Positions 1 to 15,017 of a DNA stretch of 64,000 nt are shown here, in pieces. Numbering within the stretch: position 1 is the first letter of the stretch; every line of letters starts with the position of its first letter. The position numbers were made by a program, and so were the translations under genes. The stretch covers positions 28,706,001 to 28,770,000 of the forward strand of contig CP158635.1 of assembly GCA_050273025.1 (NCBI GenBank), written 5' to 3'. Origin of the DNA: Cenococcum geophilum. Taxonomy: Eukaryota. Below the pieces are notes generated by a model. The model had not been told where the DNA came from and searched no databases. It worked only from the letters and a program-made list of their open reading frames with translations.

Positions 1-204
1 GTTTTATATAATATAGCCACGACGTCGTTACTTAATGTAATAGATAGAGAAGCTAAAGAGCTCCTACCTCGTAGTATTTTTATAATAACTGGACGTTATT
101 AAAGGGTCGAGATGCGGCAGTAAAAAAGGTAATTTTTGACGCTGCATTACCAGATAAGGTTTGGAGTATTACGACTTGTTAACTCTAGTAATATATATAA
201 TATC

Positions 205-357
205 AAAAGCTTCAATATTTATCAACCAATTCTATTCAATTAAGGCCTCCAGATTGATTGAGTTGCCAAGCCGGCGAACTCTCAGTTGGTTGAATTGATT
301 GAGTTGGCAACCAATTCAATTCAATATTGAAACCTCGTTAACTGATTTGCAACCCTG
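205..357. mobile_element. Degenerate MITE/hAT-like end relic with CAATT/AATTG subterminal repeats
   Basis: Inverted arrays of caattc/gattga motifs; ends in ttgcaaccctg (rc CAGGGTTGCAA); resembles 9904-10024; AT-rich, TpA-rich sequence upstream (1-200). Confidence 0.4.
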
Positions 358-449
358 TACGCCTACCTCTGCAAACGACACTCACTCTCAAATTCTAGTC
401 ACCCCCCAAAACCGTAGGCGTAAGACTTCGTCAGCTTCTCGAAAGCAGC

Positions 450-851
450 GTGTCCCATCCACCGACTCCGATTTCGACAATCACCAACCCGGAGCTCGAT
501 ATCACCTTTGCTGTCACCGACGCCTCAGAAAACGAAGCACCAGACTCTGAAGCGGCTCTCATCCACGCCACGAATGCCTACACAGGCGCGACTAATAGCA
601 TAGGGTCTGTGCATCAGCGACGATGGTTCGTAACGCTAGACCACGAAAACTCAGGGTTCGTGCAGCTCAAACACGGCCAGAACAAGGGAAGATGGGTTCG
701 AAAAGTAAGACAAGGTTTTGAGCCTTTCTTCGTGCTCGGCGCTGAGGTCGAGCAGAGTGTTGTAACTGGGAGGTTGGCTCGAGAGGTAGAGAGTGATGAG
801 GGGGTTGAAGGGTTTGTTGGGAGGGCGAATTGGGAGCCTGTTTTAAAGTAG
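450..851 (+). CDS. Small hypothetical protein (133 aa ORF, GTG start, no in-frame ATG)
   Basis: Uninterrupted ORF with protein-like composition (RRWFVTLDHENSGF...FEPFFVLG...GRANWEPV); no Met codon anywhere in it. Confidence 0.45.
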   Translation: MSHPPTPISTITNPELDITFAVTDASENEAPDSEAALIHATNAYTGATNSIGSVHQRRWFVTLDHENSGFVQLKHGQNKGRWVRKVRQGFEPFFVLGAEVEQSVVTGRLAREVESDEGVEGFVGRANWEPVLK

Positions 852-1241
852 TAATCTCAATCGAATTTTCCCTTCAGCGACGATAGCTTCAAGCCTTCAA
901 TATGTAAGTGACTGTCGTCAACAGAAGTGCCACGCAGGGCTCCTTTAAGGTGACACTTTATAGTGTCAACCTTGTAGGATTTGGTAGTTTTCCAGGTAAT
1001 AATTGAGTAGCGACAGAGTCGCATGTATTCAGCGTTAACAAAAACGAAAGCGCCCAACGTATGCATAGAAACCAGCAGGACCCAAATCTCAAGGGCAACC
1101 ACATAAATATACAGATAAAGGAAATGGGAAAAAGAAAAAAGAAAAAAGAAAAAAGAAAGAGAAAACGAATGACATGTCATCCGTGAAACCCCCTATCTAC
1201 AATCGTGAATCCAAAATAGTCTCCTACCTTGATTTATCTAA

Positions 1242-4200
1242 TCACCTCCTCTCCAGCAGAAGTATATGCATGGTGGCATACGCAAGAACAACGAATATAC
1301 CGCCAAAGATGGCCAGGCCTATGCAGTCACGCCAAAGAGCCATAACATTGAAACCGAAGGAGCTGAGGATGGCGGAACCAGGAACTTCGATATCTAGGCC
1401 GTATTTGTGGTCCACGAGACTGAGATATTTGACTTCATTGACAATGAGACCTTCGAAGGCGTAGTGGAAGATCGAGAGCTAGAAGGTAATTTTGTTAACG
1501 AATGCTCCATAGTATGCACATAACAGAAGGTCCAAGGAATGAAAAACGTAGTGTTCGAATTAGGGAGCCTGCTTACCGATTGCAGCCACTTCGCAGCTAC
1601 TGGAATACTCTCTTGATTCAGGAAGAAACCTGAGAAGAGCAAGCTAAACAGCATCACCAATATACCGATTAAGTTTGCTACTCCACTGTTTCTGAAAACG
1701 ATTCCAATGAACAGGAATATCGCTGCCGCGGCAAGATTGAAGAGAACTAGGAAAAGTATAAATTTCAAAAATTGTGGCCATGCGGGGATTAGCCCGGTCA
1801 TCGGATACACAATAGCACCCAAGATAATCGGTGGAATAAGCCGTAAGGGTACAATGTCGAAAAGCACCTTGGCCGCGAAGTACGATACCGGAGAGTAGTA
1901 CCCTTTAGCCCGTTCTCGAGTGAACAACAGACGCTCTGGTGCAAACACCGTCAAGATAGTCAAAGTGCTGAAACCGAAAAGGGCCAAAACGAAGAAGAAC
2001 AGACCAAGTCGGTTTTGGAAGCCCTTAATGTCGTCTGTGAGACCGTAGAAGAGAAAGCCGAGGAAAACAGCAAGCACAATGGCGATAGCATAATGGGTCA
2101 GCATCAGCATTGGGTTCCTGTAGAGATTTCGCCACGTTCTCATTGAGAGAATGATGAACTGGCCACCCCAGCCAACTTTGCGGAAGCCTCTGACTTTGCC
2201 CGATGCAACGAAACCATTAGCTTCTTGTTCGCCGTTGGGAGTTGCATTAGCTTCATTCGCATTGGTGATGGCATCATTGATATCTTCGTGTAGTTGACCA
2301 GCTACATCTGATGTCGCATACGCAGCAACTAGAGTATCGATATTTGTGCCAGTGCCGCCATTTGCTGGTGGCGGCAGCTCATCGGGATCATCAAGGATCT
2401 GTGGCGGAGGGGCACCTTGTTGACGTGACAATTTTAGCCATTGTGCATTACTCTCCCGGTGATCAAGGAGTGATGCTTCATCGTCGGTCTTAGGGGTAAT
2501 CGTACCATCTTGAGCACCGCTCTTTTTCCTTGTAAAGAGCTCTCTCTCCTGTTGTTGCCTGATTGATGTTCTTCTCTTGTGTTTGGGGCGGAGACTGGAG
2601 TTGCTAGGGCTACCAGCTGTGTCTGGCCCAAAGCTCGTATTAGATATACTAGGAATAGATTTAACAGCGACTGCACTGCTCGCGCTAGTCCGAAGCCCGT
2701 CTCTGGTAAACAAAGAGCTGTCTTCGTCGATAGGCTTGTGTACAGTGCCAGCGTGCATAGTCAAATCCACTAGATAGTCGGCGATATTGAAACCTGGGGG
2801 ACAGGAGAATCCGATATTATTGAAGTAAGGTTGGCAGCTGGAGAATGGCCCTGAGTATACTGTCCTACCCTTTGCAAGGAGGATGAGCTGGTCAAAGAGA
2901 GCCACAATGTTTGATCTTGGCTGATGAATTGTGAAGATGACAGTCCTGTTGTAGTTCTTGACCAGGTTGACCAGGCATTCCACGACGTTGAAGGCGTTGA
3001 AAGCATCTAGACCGCTCGTAGGCTCATCCAAGAAAAGAATACTTGGGCTTGTTACAAGCTCGCAGGCAATTCCAACTCTTCGCTTCTCGCCACCAGAGAT
3101 ACCACGTCCGCTGCCCTCTTCAGAGCCAATGGTTTGATGCCGGATATGGTAAATTCCTAGTTGTTTCTCCACATCTTCAACTTTCTGTTCCTTAGAGGCA
3201 CGGCTCATCTCTTTAGGCAGGCGTAGCAAGGCTGAGTCGAGGATCGTCTCGTGGACCGTAAGAGTGGGGAGCATGGTATCTTCCTGATCAACGAAACCAA
3301 TGACACTCCTGAATTCATCATCAATGACTTTCTCCCCATTAAGGTAGAATTCGCCATTAACCATGCCACGTTTGTTCTTTCGAGCGAGAATGTCGAGGAA
3401 TGTGGTTTTACCAGCACCTGATGCTCCCATGATAGCCAGTAATTCTCCCGGATGTACAGCGCCGGTAATGCCCGATAATATCCGCTTGCCATTCAATTGA
3501 TAGGACACATTCTCAAAATATAAAGCCGCAGGTTTATGGTCCGCCAAAAGCTTCGCGTTTTCATCTTCTTCATCGTCGGACAGATGAATGGGGCCCCACC
3601 TCCTCCTGGCAGCTCTTCTCGCCAAGTACCAGACAAGAAGGATGCAAGCGACTACAAAAAGCGCACATCCCGCAATGACTCCAGCAATCAAAGGCGTATT
3701 GATCTTCTTCACAGGCCTTTCATAGCCTGGAACTTCCGTTTGGTATAGACATTCGCCAGAGTGACAATTAAGGGTTATGCTCTTATCACCGAAAACACTG
3801 GAGATGAGATCATTCATAGCAGGCTCAGAGAATACGCTGCCATCCTCTTTGCCGCCACCTTCGGTGGATATCGATGAAAATTCGGCAGGGCCCTTGATCT
3901 CTTGGACTAAGAAATCTCCAATATCGATGGAGCCCTCCTCTCCACAGAGCATCCTGCCTGGTATACATTTGCACTTAATGTTTTCGCATTTGTACTTGGT
4001 AGTATTACGGTTGGATTCGGCGGTGGCACTCCATACGCAGGTATCTAAGGCACAGTAAAAGGATTCCTTTTGATCCACCCAGACTAACGCTGTCAGCGGA
4101 GAAAGTGTGCGGTGTATGGCTTGTCTTACATTGGAAATTACACTCCTCCGTCTCTTTCTGACAAGAGAACGTTGCTTGTGGTTTTTGCTCCTTGAGTTGA

Positions 4201-4688
4201 TCCAAAATCTTTCGATTTGTGATGTCGCACATTTGGTAGTTTTCGTTGACCAAAAGTCCTTCTCGATAACATATTCCTCCCTTGCCCTCGGGCATCAAAG
4301 CATTACATACTTTGTTGGTTTTGCATACATTACAGTTTATCCCCTCCCAGCCTTCTTTACACTCACAGTATCTATCATTTCTCGGCATGCGATCTTTGCC
4401 ATCCGCCAGCGAACCGCAAACAGGATCTGAGCAGTCCTCTCCTCCAAACCCAGGCGGACAGTTACACTTGCCATTTGCCTTGCTACACGGAGCAAACTGA
4501 TGGCAGGCGAAGTCTTCGAGATTGCAGTTGAAGCATGGAGGACATCCATCGGGTCGGTCATCGTAGAGGGAGAAGGGTGAGTCTAAGAGATCGACACTGG
4601 TGTGATTGCGATGGGTCTTCTGAGCTCCAGAAGGCCATAATAGAGCTAGAGAGACCAGTAGAGAGGTGCCCCATCGTGTGCAGCGCAT
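1242..4688 (-). CDS. ADP1: ADP1-type half-size ABCG transporter with N-terminal EGF-like Cys-rich domain; 3 exons (4688-4130, 4083-1577, 1478-1242)
   Basis: Signal peptide, EGF repeats ([12 protein letters not shown]), TM helix, Walker [10 protein letters not shown], signature ISGGEKRR, Walker [15 protein letters not shown]2 membrane domain; GT-AG introns 4129-4084 and 1576-1479; TGA at 1244-1242. Confidence 0.93.
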
Positions 4689-5238
4689 CGCGTCGCTCCG
4701 TCAGTCGACGAAGCTTACTTCAGAGCTCGTATTGATGTGACAGGTTGGAGCTTCGCACACAAGGTGTAAGCGGGTGATAAGTCCAAATCTTCCTGAAAGG
4801 ACGATAATGTTTGATGTCGATGTTGTCCAAACGATGAGATGAACACTGGGGGAGCCTGGAGACGGTGCAGCGAACTGCGGCGAGCCAAGACCGGATTAAA
4901 TCCTTCGGCGGTGCTGCACTTCAAGCCGACGCGTCTTTGGCCTGATATTGAGAATCCCAGCAGTACGCACGTGTTGTCCGCGTTGAGATTCATACTGTCT
5001 AGTTATCAAGTAGTGATGTGGCTGTGGTGATGCGAAAGCTACATACTCAACCTTTCTAAACAGCTTCAAGCTTTTGACGTGTGGCTGGAAGCATCAAGCG
5101 TAAGACCGCGCCCTTCGGCTTAACTTGACACAAGGATTTTCTTCTACTTCCTCCTGCCCGAAAGTTTCTCAAGAAATCATACTTTTCCTTCAAACTTCAA
5201 GAAAGCCTCGGTAGGACTACGGATTAATTCTGACCAAC

Positions 5239-6796
5239 ATGGTAAAAATCGAACCCTTTTCAGTAGAGTTGGTAAGAGAATATCTCTTCATCAATCAGAC
5301 CACCCTTTTCATCTGTCTAGACTTAGCAGCCTTTTCTGGTCGTCTACCAGAGCTTATGGACCTGTAAGAACGTCGACGGAAGACATACAAAACTAGTTAA
5401 AGTCATTCAAAGATCTTATGTGCTTTCACCCCTTTTGGTTGCAATTATTGTTCTCAAAGTATCAATAGTAATCTCCAAAAATCTAATGTAGAGACTACGT
5501 TGATGTTATGTTGGAAGACTAACAGCTTGAAGTGGATGGACAAGTACGAAACAGAGGCCAAATACAACATTGCCGAAACATGTTGCGCCTCAATATCAAT
5601 ACAGCAACTACAGGCCCTATCCGATGATAAAACTGCAGAGGTTATTCAGCTTTCAAAGAAACTTACCTACGGAGCAATTCGGGGGTCTGAAGCACTTAGA
5701 TCGAATCTTGCAAGGCTTTATTCGACCAAAGTCGGTACTCCGCTTCCAGCAGAGAATATACTCTCCACTCCCGGAGCCATTGCTGCCAATTATATATTTT
5801 TCTACTCACTTGTTGGGCCTGGCGACCATGTTATCTGCCATTACCCGACATATCAGGCCCTCTACGAGGTTCCGGCTTCCATCGGAGCAGAAGTGGATCT
5901 ATGGCATGCGCGACCGGAGAAACAATGGGTTCCAGATCCCGATGAGCTCAAGGCCCTCATCAAGCCCAATACTAAGCTGATTGTCATTAAGTAGGACCCT
6001 TGCGAGCATTCATAAACTTTAAATATCTTTTTTCCCGCGATATTATTGAAGACTCCGGAATTTATACTAATTCACCTATTTTAGCAATCCCAACAACCCC
6101 ACTGGTGCCGTATTGAAGAAGTCCCTCCTCCAAAATATTATCGACATAGCCGCCAAACATTCCATCATGATCCTCAGCGATGAAGTTTATCGACCTATCT
6201 TCCACTCCATCACCCCTATGGACTCGGAGTTCCCTCCATCCATCTTATCCATGGGCTACAAGCACGCCACAGCCACAGGATCTCTGTCCAAGGCCTATGC
6301 TTTAGCTGGCATCCGCGTCGGTTGGATCGCGTCTCGTTCTGATGACATCATTAAGAAACTTGCAGAAGCGCGGCACTATACGACTATATCAGTCAGCCAG
6401 CTAGATGAGCAGGTTGCTGCCTTCGCCCTTAGCCAAAATACGGTGCATAATCTGCTAGGTAAGAATATCCAGCTTGCTAAAAAGAACTTGGAGATTCTGG
6501 ATAGATTTGTTATCAAGCATGACGATGTCTGCGAATGGGTGAAGCCTCTCGCTGGTACGACGGCTTTTGTTAAGTTTCACAGGGAAGGATCTCCAATCAA
6601 CGCTATAGAATTCTGTAGGCAATTGCTGGAGAACACGGGGGTGATGTTCGTGCCTGGGGAAGAGTGTTTCGGGAAAGAGTTCAAAGGGTATGTGCGAATC
6701 GGCTTTGTTAATGACACTGAAATCATCCAAGAAGGGTTGGAGAAAGTCCGCCAATTTCTAAGGAAGGAGTTGGATGATCTGCCACTTGCCAAATAA
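5239..6796 (+). CDS. PLP-dependent aminotransferase class I/II; 3 exons (about 5239-5271, 5533-5990, 6085-6796)
   Basis: MVKIEPFSVELWMDKYE start after splicing; NPNNPTG, DEVY and SLSKAYALAGIRVGW (PLP lysine) motifs. Confidence 0.9.
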
Positions 6797-7490
6797 TACT
6801 TTATCCCTTAACCCGCTGGCGTCCATCGAGTATGTGGTCCGTGCGGAACACCAGAATCAGAAGTACGCGTATACCCTACATAGATTTAATTAATACAATA
6901 TTATCAGCCATACCTTCCAATTGTACTTCCAATGATATAGACCTTGTTCAGCCGACTCAATACAACGTTTAACTAAATTGGGTCGCTAAAAACCCACCGC
7001 CAGAGCCGTGGCCGCTGCCCGATTTTACAACGGCTTCGTATTTCTAATCACGACGATTTGATTGCATTGATCCTATTGGTTGGTTCTTATCGATACCGAA
7101 TGGACGAATTTCAGCGGGTTAAGGGATAGACACCAATCTTACACTATCCTTAAAATCGTGAGCAAAACATATTCAAAAAATATCCCCATCCTATATCGGC
7201 TTCGAGCGGGATAAAATATTTAGATAATACGAACTGATCCTTAGGAAGATTAAAATTTATCCGATAAGCTACCAAGCGTTGAATAACATTTAGAGGGCCT
7301 GACGGCTGCAATTCGGCAATGCAAGGCAACTCGTAATTGGTAAAATGTTCGGCTGTGCGGAAAGCTACTAACGCAGGTCTCTTTTTGTTGCCTTTGAATA
7401 ACTTTTCTCATGGTGCTTTGACAACAGCGGTCTGTTGCTGTACATAGCCTAATAACTGTGCCTTCGGCGCTGGTCGGCCACCCAATCACA

Positions 7491-9381
7491 ATGACAACCT
7501 CAACACATAGCCAACCCACCGAAACTTCGCCACTCCTCCCAAAGCCAGACCATCTCAGTGAAATCCCGCCCCATCCCGTAGACCTAAGCGCAGGGCTTGT
7601 CCCCGAAGGTGCGGACCCATACGAGAATGAGCAGCACAACGACGAAGCGGAAGATGGCGGCGTCGTGGAGCGGCAGGTCAGTAATAATGACCGGCTCAAG
7701 CAATATGAAGGTTTGCCAGAAGTAAGGAAGAAGATGAAGTACATCATACCGACGGTTGCAATTGGAGTAAGTGGATTTACTGGAGAGCTTTGATGGACAG
7801 GATTAATTAGCCTCGCAGATATTTCTCTCAGCCGCCGACCAGACCATTATTGTATCAACCTATGGTACAATTGGTACAGAATTGAATGCTTTGAATAAGG
7901 CTTCCTGGATAGCTACATCGTGCGTGCTTACCAGACCCTTATCAATGGTAGAAGAGGCATACTAACAGCATTAATCAGATATTTCTTGACGCTTACCTCA
8001 TTCCAACCGCTCTACGGAAAACTTTCAGATATCTTTGGGCGAAAGCCATGCCTTCTATTTGCATATTCGGTGTTCGGCTTAGGTTGTCTCTTCTGTGGAA
8101 TGGCAAAAAACATGAACCAGCTCATAGCAGCCCGCGCATTCGCAGGTGTTGGAGGAGGAGGGATGACCACTGTGGTGTCTATACTTCTATCTGACATTGT
8201 GCCGCTGAGGGAAAGAGGGAAGTGGCAGGGCTACATCAATATCATATACGCGTTAGGAGCAGGCAGTGGGGCTCCTCTCGGCGGTGTTCTGGCAGACAGC
8301 ATTGGATGGCGGTGGGCATTCAACGCACAAGGTCCCCTCTGTCTGGCTGCCTTTATCGCTGTAGCCGCTGTTCTCAAGCTCCCAAAGCAAGACCATAGCC
8401 ACTGGAAAGATAAGCTGCTCAAGATCGACCTCCTTGGAGCTTTTATTCTTATCTGTGCTGTCTTCAGCTTGTTGCTCGGTCTGGATCGAGGCAGCAATGT
8501 TGCTTGGCACAACAAGATCACTATTGCGGCCTTGGGTGCTTCTGTCCCTCTTTTTATTCTATTCGTCCTAGTGGAGATGTATATTGCGTCTCATCCCTTT
8601 GCCCCCGGTCATATCATCTTTGACCGGTCACTTTTCGCTTGTTATCTCTGCAACTTCTTTTCATTTGGTGGATGGTTAGCCTCCATATTCTACATTCCCT
8701 TGTATTTTCAGGTGGTAGATGGTTGCTCGGCTTCCCAGGCCGGAATCCAGTTACTACCGGGAATTGTTGCCGGCGTTTCGGGCTCGCTTTTTGGAGGCAT
8801 TTATATGCAAAAGACGGGGAAATATTACTGGATTACAATTATCGCCTACGCTAATTTAGTTGTTGGCATGATCGTCATCTTGTTATTTTCGGGCATCATC
8901 ATCAACTCCACATGGGGTATGGTCGTTGGGATGATGATTTGCGGCTTCTCAAACGGCATTGGGGTCACCACCACTCTCATCGGTCTTAGTAAGTCCGGCT
9001 CCAGGTTTTTATTTTCATTCCCAACTGACCAACGCAGTCGCAAATGCCGATCATTCCGACCAAGCAGTTACAACTGCCTGCTCGTATCTGTTCCGTTCTC
9101 TCGGCAGCGTCTTTGGTGTGTCTATCTCCGCTACATTCTTCAATCTAGAGCTCCGCATGCAACTCAAAAGCAAGATCAGTAGCGGGAAAGATGCCGCCAA
9201 GATCGCCCAACGCGTCAGGCAGAGCTTGTCATATATTAGGACATTAGAGCCAAGCGTGAGAGAGATTGTCAGGGATTGCTATGGAAAGAGCACGAGGGCT
9301 GCTTTCGGTGTCAGTGTTATGTTGGTTGCGGGGTCAGCATTTTTTGCATGGTTCATTAGAGAGAAAAGGTTGAGTAGATAG
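7491..9381 (+). CDS. MFS transporter, DHA2/Vba-like multi-TM drug/amino acid:H+ antiporter; introns near 7766-7819, 7920-7978, 8988-9038
   Basis: AADQTII, YGKLSDIFGRK (MFS motif A), RAFAGVGGGG, GWRWAF, many hydrophobic helices; acidic dileucine-like ETSPLL in the N-terminus suggests vacuolar targeting (inference). Confidence 0.9.
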
Positions 9382-9903
9382 ACGGGTAAACCTTTGAGAA
9401 ACTATTGGCTTATTAATTGAGTTGATCAAGTCCCGAAACAAATCATAATCTGTCACTAGCATTGGGAACTATCATCTAAGATCTTCTTGTCAGAAACCTT
9501 TGAACTCTTTGCTGGCGTATTCGCTTCATTTTGTTCGCCAGTCCACCTTTGAGATCTTATTTCGATAAAATTGCCGCCATCACCACACGTCCTTCTACCT
9601 TCATTTCCTAGGCTCACTCCTCTTCTCACACCATTCGTGTCTGCCTCACACTATTGCTTTTCATCCACATCTAGCATAGTAAATTAGTGTAATGTTAAGA
9701 AGTACGACTAGAATAAGATGGCGTTAGTAAACTTGCCTCATTACCCTGTTTCCTTCCGGTATCATGGTTCTAATGAGATCTTTTAGAAGGCGTCCAAGAA
9801 AAAAACTTCACCCAACAACTCGCTATGGATTAATGGAAATGAGAGCCATACTAGCCTAGCAAGTGGCATCGAAGAGCCGCAGCAAGAACAGTAAATATAC
9901 ATT

Positions 9904-10024
9904 CAGGCTTGCCAATTAATCAATTCAATTCAATTCAATTGACGCCTCGAATTGATTGAATTAAAAGCTTTGTAAGCAGAGGGCTCAGTTGATTGAATTG
10001 ATTGAATCAATATTGCAACGGCTG
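9904..10024. mobile_element. Short MITE-like relic with CAG...CTG ends and (CAATT)n/(AATTG)n subterminal inverted repeats
   Basis: caggcttgccaatt vs rc of the right end cagccgttgcaata; internal caattcaattcaatt / gattgaattgattg; related to 205-357; no clear TSD. Confidence 0.45.
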
Positions 10025-10612
10025 CAACTAAATTTAACTAGTGCAGTGGTCAGTAATTATCACAAGTCTTGGCGGAGGACCTACCTACCAAGTGGAGTTA
10101 GCGGCGGCTAGAAAAAGTACTTATGTAAGGCACATTGCCCAGGTGTACGGTAGGGAGCAGGCAAGCCGAGCATGAGTCACAGGAGAGTCGATGGAAGAGA
10201 GGACGATATGGTAAAGAGTATGGCAATAGCCTCGTACGGAGACGAACCGATGAGGGAATGGTTGCAGGCCCGAGTAAGGGATAAAATATCCCTTACAACT
10301 TACTACTCTACCGCCTATAAGTCTAGCTTTATAAAACCAAAGTCCGCAACTCCACTAAGTTCCACTAAAGCCTTTAGGATATTTCTAATAGTATATTGAA
10401 GTTAAGTAGTAGTATAGAGCTCTACTAGCTCTAACTGTTAAATAGACTAATTAGAAATTTCTATCTTAGGGATAGAAAGTCGCTATTAGCTTAACTAAAG
10501 GCGGTAAGCGAAACTAGTATTATTATTATTTAAGGGAAAGTCTTAGTAAGGAAAATCTAACTAATTAGATAACTTTAACCGGCGGTTAAAGTTTTTTAAT
10601 ATCTTTATACTA

Positions 10613-11173
10613 TATCCCTTCCGCTAGTGACGTCCTACGAGGGGTGGGCCGTGCGCGAACACTATATGATCACGGAGCCTTAATCATATGCGTACTTTTA
10701 ACGTGTTCTATCAGTCATCTGGTAATATCAGTCATCCGGTAGCCCTAAAAACCACCAAAAATTGGAAAAACTACCTTGATATCTCGACAACGGCTTATTA
10801 ATAAATTCCAAAATTTTATAATTAGCCTTTTGTGCCTACGTTAAGACTCTTAATAAAATTCTAGCGTAATAAGCCTAGCCGTTATTAAAATATTAGGTTT
10901 TGGCCCCTAATTTTAAGCTAAATTGCAATATCTTATAATATCTTTAGAGCTATTTAATAGATTACTTTTTAAATCTAATAAGAGGTTTAAAATAGGTATA
11001 AAAGGCTAATTATAAAATTTTGGAATTTATTATTAAGCCGTTATTAAGATATTAAGGTGCAGTTTTTCTAATTTTTGGTGGTTTTTGGGGCTACCGGATG
11101 ACTGATAGAACACGTTAATTCTGGTGTTCGCGCACGGCCCACCTCTCGTAGGACGTCACCAGCGGAAGGGATA
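10613..11173. mobile_element. Outer MITE with about 50-bp TIRs, interrupted by an inner MITE
   Basis: tatcccttccgctagtgacgtcctacgaggggtgggccgtgcgcgaacac (10613-10662) is the near-perfect reverse complement of 11124-11173. Confidence 0.8.
10701..11115. mobile_element. Fot1/pogo-type (Tc1-mariner superfamily) MITE with about 125-bp TIRs and TA TSD
   Basis: TA|ACGTGTTCTATCAGTCATC ... GATGACTGATAGAACACGT|TA; long TIRs 10701-10838 vs 10994-11115; ACGT ends typical of Fot1-like elements. Confidence 0.85.
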
Positions 11174-11319
11174 CGCCCTATATCTGCTACCTTTTATCGC
11201 TTATAATTAGGACGCTTTTTCCTACTAAGTTTTTCCTCTATTAAGGTTTTTTAAGGGGTTTTATCGAGGCCTAATAGATAAGGGATTGGAGATAATCCCT
11301 TTTAAAGGGGGGAGGGCAG

Positions 11320-11629
11320 TGTCAGGTGACGGTATAGTAGATAGCTATATAGCGCTGCGAGGCACGTGACCCGGGAAACCTCTTCCATGCCTCGCACCGA
11401 GATGCCCCCTTTCCTCAAGGATTCGTCTCGCGGTTCTTCGGAACTTATCAATATGTCCCATCATTTCATCAATTAGACTCCCCGTCTACCTCGCGCCCCA
11501 CAGATAAGGAGACTAGCCGACCTTGGGCGAGATAATTGGGGCTAAGGACTGAAACCACTCTTCGTTACTCTGCAAGGCATGTCATGATTTGTAAGAGCCA
11601 TTAGGTCATCCGACCTAGGCCATCCGACA
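11320..11629 (+). mobile_element. LTR (probable 3' LTR of a decayed retrotransposon) preceded by a polypurine tract
   Basis: aaaggggggagggcag immediately before TGTCAGG; ends TCCGACA (TG...CA short inverted termini); RIP-like sequence upstream. Confidence 0.6.
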
Positions 11630-11943
11630 AAGCTCTGCGAAAATAACCTCTGCCTGCGTCTCCCTTGTGTCGTCTGAGCGAAGCTTATGGCGGTTCAACA
11701 TTCGCGTGAGTGAAGTCCGTGGCTTCATGGTTGGGGCCTTCCAAAGCCTTTCAAGTTACCTCTTGCCACTCAGGTCGTACTACAAACAAGGCGTTCCCTC
11801 ACCTCAGTAACTCAAATGCGTGCACTTCTGAATAATCGCCTCCAGTCACTTTCGCCTATTGTAGTGCATCCATTGTCATTCGCAACAGATCCAATGACTG
11901 TAGGGTGCTATATGCATGTTATGTCACCACGAGCTAGATTAGC

Positions 11944-12145
11944 TCAAGCCATGCGCTCGCATTAAACCTCGCACGCAGCCGCTATCCAATGCCATTTCTC
12001 GGAGTTCGTTATATCAGCTCGGAGCGCGCTGACAAAGGATCAAATCAAGCCATGCGCCCGCATTGAACCTCGCATGCAACTGCTACCTAATGCCATTTCT
12101 CGGAGTTAGTTCTATCAGCTTGGAGTGTGCTGGCAAAGGATTAAA
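11944..12145 (+). repeat. Tandem duplication, 2 x 101 bp, in the decarboxylase promoter
   Basis: tcaagccatgcgctcgcattaaacctcgca...caaaggatcaaa at 11944 is repeated at 12045 with mostly transition differences. Confidence 0.85.
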
Positions 12146-12262
12146 GATCCTTTCGATTCTCGAGTTCTTTAGGTGTCTTCATTCAAGCCACTTCCTTACT
12201 TCTAAAATTGCATATTTGTTAATATCAGCATCCATCACATATATTCCCAAGCCAAAGGCACA

Positions 12263-14508
<2,246 letters not shown>

Positions 14509-14942
14509 TAGTAATGGTGATCAATTGGTGCCAATGGGATGTTCTGCGGCTGGAGACGAGAAGAAGCTCCTAGGAAATTTGTAGCAGGCACAAGTTGAAT
14601 TTACAGACCCCCGTTCAACCAGCATAACACAATTATCTGAATTTGGATGCCAACAAAGCCTGACAGCTAATGATGCAGAGTACTTTGAAGTGATTCTAAC
14701 ATGCCCTCGAAATGACAGTAGCAGCAAATCCTAAAGTTGGAATTGGCGCCAGGGATCTTAGATCTCCAGTTCTTGCGTTCCTTCCGTCCTTGACTCCTTT
14801 AGTTCCTGCTCCTGCAGAACGGGAGAACGCGCACTAGACTAGCCTTGGATTTATGGTGATTGTGTCACGTTATCTTCATGCGCAAAGACGTATTAGCAGC
14901 TGCTCGGATCTTGAAGGAACTGCCCAGCAACAGCTCAACTAG

Positions 14943-15017
14943 TGTCAACCGACAAAATACATCCTATTTAGCTTCGCCAAAAGGACCGGTCTTTTTGGGC
15001 CAAACGGCCAATCGACA
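14943..15017. mobile_element. 75-bp TG...CA mini-element, copy 1
   Basis: Highly similar to 45951-46026; flanked by actag/attag (5-bp TSD with one C>T). Confidence 0.7.

Noticed and set aside
857..1180. 107-aa hydrophobic minus-strand ORF
   Set aside because: Phe/Ser run comes from an (AAAAAAG)n microsatellite in the ADP1 3' region.
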